Below, piece by piece: positions 1-7,163 of a DNA stretch of 64,000 bases. Origin of the DNA: a virus; the IMG/VR virus record IMGVR_UViG_3300019752_000005, positions 1 to 64,000 of that record. One strand, given 5' to 3'. Made by a program: the position numbers and the translations under genes. Below the pieces are notes generated by a model, which was given only the letters and a program-made list of their open reading frames with translations, made no database searches and was not told where the DNA came from. The stretch's first letter is position 1. The number at the start of each line of letters is the position of its first letter.

Positions 1-174
1 GCAAACTCAAGGAGGGGGCTAAAATTAATTATTTAATTATTTTATTATGTATGTAATTGGTTTTATTTGGTTTTTTATTGAAACTTAATATAGGAACAGG
101 GGTTTTTTAATTTATTTAATCCCCTCTTCAACACTTGTTTTGCAGAATAATCACGGTAACCGTAACCTTTGTAC

Positions 175-245
175 TGTTGTTTCTATACCACAACGGGTAT
201 AGACAGCATTCAATGTATGGTTATTACTGTGGTATAGAAACAACA
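175..245. repeat. 18-bp perfect inverted repeat (175-192 / 228-245) with a nested 8-bp hairpin (182-189 / 196-203); possible solitary CRISPR-repeat-like unit at 179-214 (-)
   Basis: TGTTGTTTCTATACCACA and its exact reverse complement TGTGGTATAGAAACAACA; internal TCTATACC-ACAACG-GGTATAGA. The repeat itself is certain; the CRISPR interpretation is not. Confidence 0.85.
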
Positions 246-254
246 AAATATTTT

Positions 255-273
255 GTAAATGATAATCATTACT
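255..273. promoter_or_regulatory. Fur-box-like operator
   Basis: GTAAATGATAATCATTACT matches 15/19 positions of the Fur consensus GATAATGATAATCATTATC, including the AATGATAATCATTA core; intergenic. Confidence 0.55.
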
Positions 274-398
274 ATTTGAGAGCGCAATAACTATATTATT
301 TATGTGTGAGTTATTGGGGTTGATGGGGTTTGATGTTGGAATCTGGTGTGGAGGTAATCTTACTTGATAAATTACACCCAGCTTGCTTTAAATATAGA

Positions 399-1013
399 TT
401 ATTTGTTGTAAACAGCTCTTGCGTACTCGATAATATCCTCTATTAATCCCTTATCATACTTAAATTTGGGCTTGTAAATACTATATCTGTTATCATGAAA
501 GTTACCTATTCGTGCTTCCATACCTTCACCGACTAGATAGTTGTAAAGCCATAACTGTAGAGTAGCTTGAGTGAGATGATCGTTTTCTAAAAAGGAGAAT
601 TCATCTACGCAAGGATAACCTGATGTAGACAGGTTTGTATAGTTTTTCCATTCCCATAGGATAGGTTTATCTTTATATAAGTAAATAGCATCAATAACAG
701 CCGATATACCGTTATGATCTATTGGAAACTCACTAGATTGAAGTATTAGCTTTTGCTTATCAATTATATCCTCCTTAAACTCTTTAAAAAACAATGGGCA
801 CTCACCACATCTACCCATTAAATAGTCATCAATCTGCTTGTGAACACTAATACCTCTTTTTCTTGAAATCTTACCTTTATTATCCCAGATTGCTTTAATC
901 TCTTGAGGTGTTTTGCCGAATAAGTCAGATCTTGGATCATTTGACTTTCTTTCAGCCCAATAATCAGCATCAAATGGTTTTTGTATTGATCTCACTATTT
1001 GTGTGACATTCAT
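399..1013 (-). CDS. PD-(D/E)XK nuclease, RecB/Cas4-like exonuclease
   Basis: RGxxVH helix, IDAIY, EWK and QLxLY motifs of RecB-like PD-(D/E)XK nucleases. Confidence 0.7.
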   Translation of the reverse strand: MNVTQIVRSIQKPFDADYWAERKSNDPRSDLFGKTPQEIKAIWDNKGKISRKRGISVHKQIDDYLMGRCGECPLFFKEFKEDIIDKQKLILQSSEFPIDHNGISAVIDAIYLYKDKPILWEWKNYTNLSTSGYPCVDEFSFLENDHLTQATLQLWLYNYLVGEGMEARIGNFHDNRYSIYKPKFKYDKGLIEDIIEYARAVYNK

Positions 1014-1088
1014 ATTTTTTTACCTTTTTACATTGAAATGAAACATATCGTACATTATACTTTAGTATTTATGTTTTTGAAAAAGGAT

Positions 1089-1664
1089 ATGGTTATGGAA
1101 GAACGGGTAACTTTGCAATGTTTTGCCTTTCATATTATGAAGGGTGATAAACTTTCAACACTGGTTAACACCTCCACTAATGAATATATGGGGCATGTAA
1201 TACAAGTTTGTGATGGCTGGCGTGCATACCTTGATTATAAAAGTTTTTATAAAGATTTAGGTGTTTGTAGTGGAAAGAATGATGCAATTAAGTTATTATG
1301 GAATGGTCGGTGGGATTATCATCAGAGTATTTCGCCAATTTGCGGATATTGTGGTGCTAAATCAATAATGAAACCAATTGGTAAGCGTGTTATGTATGAA
1401 TGCGATAATTGCGACACTAGAACAGGTTCCCACATCGGCACATTTGAACCGCTTGGAACTCTAGCTGATAGAGAGTTAGGTAGGTTAAGAAATGAAGCTC
1501 ATAAAGCGTTTGATCCTTTCTGGCAAGATACCACTATTAATAGAAACGCAGCTTATAGATGGTTAGCTAAGCAACTTGGTATTCCAGTGGATGAATGTCA
1601 TATGGGTTTGTTTGATGAAAGTATGTGTAAAAAAGCAATTGAGGTTTGTGGTTATGAAAACTAA
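1089..1664 (+). CDS. DUF3268-like zinc-finger protein (start probably 1089/1095 rather than 999)
   Basis: CGYCG...CDNC, GTLAD..L..LR..AH..FD..W, R..AY.WLA..LGI...CHMG.F; AAGGA upstream. Confidence 0.7.
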   Translation: MVMEERVTLQCFAFHIMKGDKLSTLVNTSTNEYMGHVIQVCDGWRAYLDYKSFYKDLGVCSGKNDAIKLLWNGRWDYHQSISPICGYCGAKSIMKPIGKRVMYECDNCDTRTGSHIGTFEPLGTLADRELGRLRNEAHKAFDPFWQDTTINRNAAYRWLAKQLGIPVDECHMGLFDESMCKKAIEVCGYEN

Positions 1665-2238
1665 TGGTAAGAAAGTTGTTATTTTAAACGCTCCACCAAT
1701 GGCTGGTAAAGATACTTTAGCTAATCATTTGGCATTTAAACATGGTTGTAAGCATGTTATGTTTAAATCTAGACTTATCGAAATGGTGAAGGTGGTTTAT
1801 GGTTTAAATAACTCTGAATTTAGACAGTTAACAAGTCGACGGTTTAAAGAAGTTGGGCATGAAAAATTTAATGGTATGAGTGCTCGTGAAGCTATGATTG
1901 ATATGTCAGAAAATATTATCAAACCTAATTTCGGTAATAATTATTTCGGTCAGTCTTTATTATCTGATTTATCTAATGGTGTGAATATTGTTAGTGATGG
2001 CGGGTTTATCAGTGAGGTTGAATCTATTGTTGATGCTGTAGGAGCTGATAATGTATTAGTGCTCAAGATTATTCGTGATGGATTTAATTTTGATGGTGAC
2101 AGTCGTAGTTATTTGGATGGTGATTATTTGGGTGGTAAAGGTGTTTTAGTGAAAAGTATTAAGAATGTGGATGTTGATCCTTTTCTAAAAGAATCAACTG
2201 AGTATATTAAGTGGTGGGTATCCTCCTTAGCCAAATAA
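1654..2238 (+). CDS. Deoxynucleoside monophosphate kinase-like P-loop protein
   Basis: N-terminal P-loop NAPPMAGKDT, VSDGGF and DSR motifs of phage dNMP kinases; GAGG upstream of ATG 1654. Confidence 0.7.
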   Translation: MKTNGKKVVILNAPPMAGKDTLANHLAFKHGCKHVMFKSRLIEMVKVVYGLNNSEFRQLTSRRFKEVGHEKFNGMSAREAMIDMSENIIKPNFGNNYFGQSLLSDLSNGVNIVSDGGFISEVESIVDAVGADNVLVLKIIRDGFNFDGDSRSYLDGDYLGGKGVLVKSIKNVDVDPFLKESTEYIKWWVSSLAK

Positions 2239-2706
2239 ACTATCTTGTTCTTCAGGCTCGACCTTTGTAATAGTCTTGCGAGGTTTAGTCCATATTTTGG
2301 GGGTTGTTAAGGCGTTAGTGCTGTGCACCTCCAAGTTATTTAAGTTTAGTATATCCCATTCTATCTGGTTAATTCTATCGCTTAATACCATCACAGCATC
2401 ATGCATTTCTGTTAATGTTATTCTCTTAACTTCCACTGGTTTAGTGGAAATGTAGCAGGCATTCAACACAGATAATTCGTTACACCTAACCAGCTTGCTT
2501 TTATACACACCTATATTTTTTTTATGCATGTCAAATATATGGGTTGCATAAACATTATAATTAATTGGTAGCGGGTGTTCTAAACTAACTTTTCTTGCCT
2601 TAAATATAAACCCCAGCTTTTTATTGAAGCAGTCTCTATTTGTTTGAACGATAATAGAACGAATTCTTTTTAGTGAGCGTAAACTAAGGAGTAGTTCAAG
2701 CTTCAT
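2227..2706 (-). CDS. hypothetical protein
   Basis: 159-aa ORF, AGGAG upstream on the minus strand. Confidence 0.5.
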   Translation of the reverse strand: MKLELLLSLRSLKRIRSIIVQTNRDCFNKKLGFIFKARKVSLEHPLPINYNVYATHIFDMHKKNIGVYKSKLVRCNELSVLNACYISTKPVEVKRITLTEMHDAVMVLSDRINQIEWDILNLNNLEVHSTNALTTPKIWTKPRKTITKVEPEEQDSLFG

Positions 2707-2776
2707 CTTTCTTTTACGGTTAATAATATTTCTCCTAGAAAATAGAAATCAAAAGATAACAGTATAGTGTATAATT

Positions 2777-3247
2777 ATGAGTAATTCAAGATTCAGAGAT
2801 CAGATTAAGCATATTCAAAAGGGTTTGAAAGATATTCCTGCTAAATCTTGCGCTTACATGGCAAATAGGTTGCACAATAAAATTGTTATTTCCACACCAA
2901 GAGATGAAGGTACTGCACAAGCTAATTGGAATTTATCAGCAGGTTCACCAATAAAGGGTTTTGACCCATCTAAAACAGAACCAGAATTCAAGCTTTTACG
3001 TACAAACCAGTTGATAGAAAAGCCTGTGGCGTATATAACAAATCACACACCTTGGATTATGAATCTTGAATTTGGGACTTACCCAAACCCCAATAAAGAG
3101 CATTGGAGCAAAAAGCCACTGGGTATCGTTACACGTAAAACAGCAAAAGGATATTATGTTATACGCACAACGACAAAAGGATTTAGCTTGAGTGCACCGA
3201 ATGGAATGGTTAGAGTGGCTCTACAAGAAGCTAAGACTTATTTATAA
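2777..3247 (+). CDS. HK97 gp10-like neck/tail-completion protein
   Basis: TPRDEG..QANW, ITNHTPWIMNLEFG and S..APNGMVRV match the (S/T)PVDTG..R..W / N..PY...LEYG / QAP.G.VR pattern. Confidence 0.7.
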   Translation: MSNSRFRDQIKHIQKGLKDIPAKSCAYMANRLHNKIVISTPRDEGTAQANWNLSAGSPIKGFDPSKTEPEFKLLRTNQLIEKPVAYITNHTPWIMNLEFGTYPNPNKEHWSKKPLGIVTRKTAKGYYVIRTTTKGFSLSAPNGMVRVALQEAKTYL

Positions 3248-4493
3248 CATCCATTAGTATACTTTTACTCTCACATACAACAACACACATTTTTTGTGCG
3301 CGTGAAATCGCGGTGTAGAGCATGGCTTTATCCCATCTATCAATATGCTCGCTTGAAACTGGAATGATCACAACTGGATACTCAGATCCTTGTGCCTTAT
3401 GTATCGACATTGCGTAGTTAAGCATCAACTCACCCCCAGCTTGCTTTTGTGTGTAGAATAGCTCCCTACCACCTTCAATATTTACCCCAAATGAATAATG
3501 ACCTCTGAATTCTTTTTTCTCATTATTTACAATGCCAGATTCACCATTAAATACATTTTTAGTATAATTATTTTTACATTGCATAACAGGATCGCCCACT
3601 CTAAACTCTATACCTTCCCCCACCTGCCAACCATCTTTGTTAATAGTTTCTTGCATTAACTTATTAATGTTGGCGTGACCACATGCACCTCCTTCTTGTG
3701 GTGTGATAGTTTTAATATCAAGATAGCCGCATTTCAAATGGTTTGGTATTCTTCTTGATTGTAATTCAACAATCTCTTTTGGAATATTTTTTGACTCGAT
3801 AATAAAGAAGTCGCCACTATTACTGGTTAGGTTAGGGTAATTACTATCAAGAATAAGATCGCAATTAGATGTTATTAAGCTATCAGCCCCCTGCCTGTGA
3901 TTTTTTATTAGCGTAGATGTTGGTACGATGGATGATAAAAATTCCATAGGTCTACCATACACATCATACTCAACTGGTTTGATTTGGTTTAAATCACCAG
4001 CTAGATACAATCTAGCATCATCAGGTAGCGCATCTAACAGTGATAAAAATAATCTACCGTCAACCATTGCAGCTTCATCAACTACCACATGTTTCAGGTG
4101 TTCTGCTATGTTTCTTTTGTTATATGTGAACCCCCATTCTCCACTTTGTCTTCTGTATTTAAGGAGTCTATGTATTGTTTCCGCACTTTCCGCTAGACCA
4201 ACAACTTCCTGCAACCTGTTAGCAGCTTTACCTGTGGGAGAGCATATATGTAGGTTGTCTGTTTTGCGTTTTATGTTCTGTATTAATGAGCGAATTAATG
4301 TGGACTTGCCGCGTCCAGCTCTTCCATTCACAATGCCAACAGGGTTTGTCAGTAACGTGGTTAATGCGTTCTTTTGGCATTCAGCTAAATTTGATGGTGA
4401 TATTATATCTATATCATCTTGATACAATGGTTTATTTCGCATTAGTTGATTAATTCTATATTCAATTAGTTCTTGAATTCTATTTTTATGCAT
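3231..4493 (-). CDS. RecD/RecD2-like SF1B helicase
   Basis: Walker A GRAGRGKS, SPTGKAA, VVVDEAAMVD, GDLNQ, YAMSIHKAQGSEY, LYTAISRA. Confidence 0.9.
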   Translation of the reverse strand: MHKNRIQELIEYRINQLMRNKPLYQDDIDIISPSNLAECQKNALTTLLTNPVGIVNGRAGRGKSTLIRSLIQNIKRKTDNLHICSPTGKAANRLQEVVGLAESAETIHRLLKYRRQSGEWGFTYNKRNIAEHLKHVVVDEAAMVDGRLFLSLLDALPDDARLYLAGDLNQIKPVEYDVYGRPMEFLSSIVPTSTLIKNHRQGADSLITSNCDLILDSNYPNLTSNSGDFFIIESKNIPKEIVELQSRRIPNHLKCGYLDIKTITPQEGGACGHANINKLMQETINKDGWQVGEGIEFRVGDPVMQCKNNYTKNVFNGESGIVNNEKKEFRGHYSFGVNIEGGRELFYTQKQAGGELMLNYAMSIHKAQGSEYPVVIIPVSSEHIDRWDKAMLYTAISRAQKMCVVVCESKSILMDVINKS

Positions 4494-4554
4494 ATTAATC
4501 TCTGTTTGTTTATCTGGATTCCCATTATAACATCAATTTATTGTGTTATAAATA

Positions 4555-4583
4555 TTGATATTTAGTTTATTGGTATGTATACT
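4555..4583 (+). promoter_or_regulatory. sigma70-type promoter
   Basis: TTGATA-17-TATACT upstream of 4622. Confidence 0.6.
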
Positions 4584-4621
4584 TAAGGTTCTTTATAATT
4601 AATTTTGAGTGTGGTATTGAT

Positions 4622-4972
4622 ATGGGTGATAGAAAATACATTAAAAGCGGGGCTAAACAGGTTAATCATAAATTTAGATTCAAAAGGAGAAGTTGTAACT
4701 TAGGTTTACCTAAGAAACAGAAGGAAAGAGGGTTGCGTGATAGATGGAAGTCAGCATTAATAACTAATATATTTTTCACTACTGGTGGTGCTTCTATTTT
4801 AACTATTGGTAATCAATCTGATAACAATGTATTTATGGTTATTGGTTTTGCCATGGTCTTAATTGCTGCGTTTTTATCCGTGAGAGCTGGTGTTAGGTTG
4901 CATATTACAAAGGGTATGAGTGAAAATAGAATTAAGGGATATTTGAAAAAAAATGATATAAGCGTTGATTGA
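4622..4972 (+). CDS. membrane protein, two TM segments
   Basis: two hydrophobic stretches after a basic N-terminus. Confidence 0.55.
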   Translation: MGDRKYIKSGAKQVNHKFRFKRRSCNLGLPKKQKERGLRDRWKSALITNIFFTTGGASILTIGNQSDNNVFMVIGFAMVLIAAFLSVRAGVRLHITKGMSENRIKGYLKKNDISVD

Positions 4973-5415
4973 TTATGAGTGTAGAAAAAGATAAACTAAA
5001 GTCAATCTCTGTTATAAGACGATGTCTTGACATGGAATATCACGTTATCATGGGTGTGGGGAAAAGAAATAGAGTTAAGCGTAGGGAGTTAATGATTTCA
5101 GCATCAAATTATCTTAATGATATTATTGTATCTCTACTTGAAGAAAAATACACTGCTGGTAATTATCGTATAGAGTATGATGGTTGCTATCAAAATAATT
5201 CTGTATCAGGGGTTGTATTAACATTTTCTTTAGTGTTTAATGATATGGAGCTTTACACCTTATCAATTGATTTAGATAAGTTTCCAGAGACACAAGAGCT
5301 AAGTGAAATTACTGGTTTAGCTTCTATAACTGATGAAAGTTTTTCTGATATTTGGGTTAAACCTAGGGAGTTAAGTGTTATTAGTGCTATTAATGATTTG
5401 TGGGAGATGAAGTGA
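4969..5415 (+). CDS. hypothetical protein
   Basis: ORF overlapping the previous stop. Confidence 0.5.
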   Translation: MIMSVEKDKLKSISVIRRCLDMEYHVIMGVGKRNRVKRRELMISASNYLNDIIVSLLEEKYTAGNYRIEYDGCYQNNSVSGVVLTFSLVFNDMELYTLSIDLDKFPETQELSEITGLASITDESFSDIWVKPRELSVISAINDLWEMK

Positions 5416-5681
5416 TATTATTCTTTGTTTTTGCATTGATATTGATTTTAATGTCTAGTATTAGTTGTATTTTATGGGTTAGGTTGGGGTGTTGTGGTAG
5501 TTTTTTAGTTGGCCAGCTTTAGTCACTTTTTTATCCCTCACCCTACTCATCTTTATGATTTTACCTATAAAAGTAATGGCCAGAAAATTCACAAAAACAG
5601 TAGAGTGGGATAAAGTTCCAGAATCATGCAGTAAATGTGGTAGTGGTTTTAAAGAGGATATTGAGTTAGCAGGTAAATAAC

Positions 5682-6038
5682 ATGTTAAATGAAAAATATT
5701 TAAGAAAAATGGATGTAGCTGAGTATGAGTTGTACGCGAAGAATTGGAAAAGATATCATGGTATTGTTTCCTACCTTGACGATCCCATGCCTTTTGGTGA
5801 GATGGTTCGTTTCTTTAATAAAACTATCCAACTTATTTTAAGTTTTCATGAATGTCAAAGATACCGTTTCAGTCATTACAATGATGCTGTGGATAAACAT
5901 AAGCACATCATTCAGAGATATACCCAGTTCACTATTATTGGCGGCTTTAGATTTGAAGTGGAGGAGGGTTATCGTGATTTCAATGCTTTATATGAAATTG
6001 AACGTCGCCTTAAAGAATTATTGGAGATGAAAGAGTGA
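5682..6038 (+). CDS. hypothetical protein
   Basis: 118-aa ORF with AGGT RBS. Confidence 0.5.
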   Translation: MLNEKYLRKMDVAEYELYAKNWKRYHGIVSYLDDPMPFGEMVRFFNKTIQLILSFHECQRYRFSHYNDAVDKHKHIIQRYTQFTIIGGFRFEVEEGYRDFNALYEIERRLKELLEMKE

Positions 6039-6372
6039 TAAAAGAATTACGCCCTTCAACTGTAATTTTCTTTATTGGTTTATTAGTGGTTATTGGTGAA
6101 CTCACTGATTATGGTGAGCTAATTTCTCTTGTATTATTGGTATCTTTTTTTATTCATCTAATACCTGTAAAGGTATAAAAAACAATGAAAATATGGTTAT
6201 TCATCCTACTTGGTTATATTACAGTGATTGCAGGTTATGCGGTTGAATTTTCACTAAAATCAACTGGTTTATATTTATTTATGTCACTTTCTATGCTTAG
6301 CTTTCTTATTGCTGCTGGTTTATTAATCAAAGAGTATTTCTATAAATAATTTTATTTTTCCAGTAAAAACTG

Positions 6373-6399
6373 ATTGCATAGCTTATGATGCTGTGCAAT
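6373..6399. promoter_or_regulatory. imperfect palindrome upstream of cas6 (operator or hairpin)
   Basis: ATTGCATAGC-TTATGAT-GCTGTGCAAT (9/10 bp), 44 nt before the cas6 ATG. Confidence 0.45.
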
Positions 6400-6443
6400 A
6401 ATATTATCTCTAATATCAAATCCCTAATAAGGTTTAAGTGTAA

Positions 6444-7163
6444 ATGTTGAAGATTAAAATAACACCACCTGCAAAATCGGTGGAGTATAAATACTTGGAT
6501 GTTGTGCATGATGCAGTAGTCCAAGCGTTCTTGAAAACTGGTGTAGAGGAAAGTAAGATCATAGGTCATAAGTCAGAGCCTTGGAATTTTGCTGTTGAAT
6601 CTTATTCAAAAAAAGAAAACGGGGAGTTCATTAATGTAGTGAAGTCTCTATTTATCTCGACACCATCATCAGAATTATCAAAGTTTTTGAGTGGCATTAG
6701 TTTATCTAATCTGAATTATACACGTTCCCTAACTGGTGATACCGTGAATTTTATTAATTCAGGTATTGAGATTGTACAAGACCCCATCTTACCTAACCAG
6801 CATACATTATCCGTTAATTGTATATCTCCTTTGGCTATTCGCAAGCAGGATAAAAAGAATCGAAGTTGGTATTCTGAATTTGGAGATCTTGATATTATTG
6901 CGGCGATCAATAAGCGTTTATCGCGTTTAGCTGACAGAGATATTAGTTTATTGGTATCGGTAGACAGTTTGTTCTTACGTAGTAATGAAAAGTACAGTGT
7001 TTATATTCCAATTAAAAAGAATAGTAATGGTAATGTAACATTTGTAATTGGTATGAAAGCCCCTTTAGTGTTGCAAGGGAGTGAAGAAGATTTGCGATTT
7101 GCTTGGTATGCAGGGATTGGGGAAAAAACGCGCATGGGATTTGGAGGTTTAAGTGAGTACTAA
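6444..7163 (+). CDS. cas6: CRISPR-associated endoribonuclease Cas6
   Basis: C-terminal glycine-rich loop GIGEKTRMGFG (GhGxxxxxGhG), ISPL motif, 239 aa. Confidence 0.92.
   Translation: MLKIKITPPAKSVEYKYLDVVHDAVVQAFLKTGVEESKIIGHKSEPWNFAVESYSKKENGEFINVVKSLFISTPSSELSKFLSGISLSNLNYTRSLTGDTVNFINSGIEIVQDPILPNQHTLSVNCISPLAIRKQDKKNRSWYSEFGDLDIIAAINKRLSRLADRDISLLVSVDSLFLRSNEKYSVYIPIKKNSNGNVTFVIGMKAPLVLQGSEEDLRFAWYAGIGEKTRMGFGGLSEY

Noticed and set aside
3928-4422. Antisense/shadow ORFs (e.g. 3928-4422, 8349-8633, 9288-9629, 26499-26924, 37679-38035, 40114-40503)
   Set aside because: Lie within well-supported genes and show no motifs or RBS
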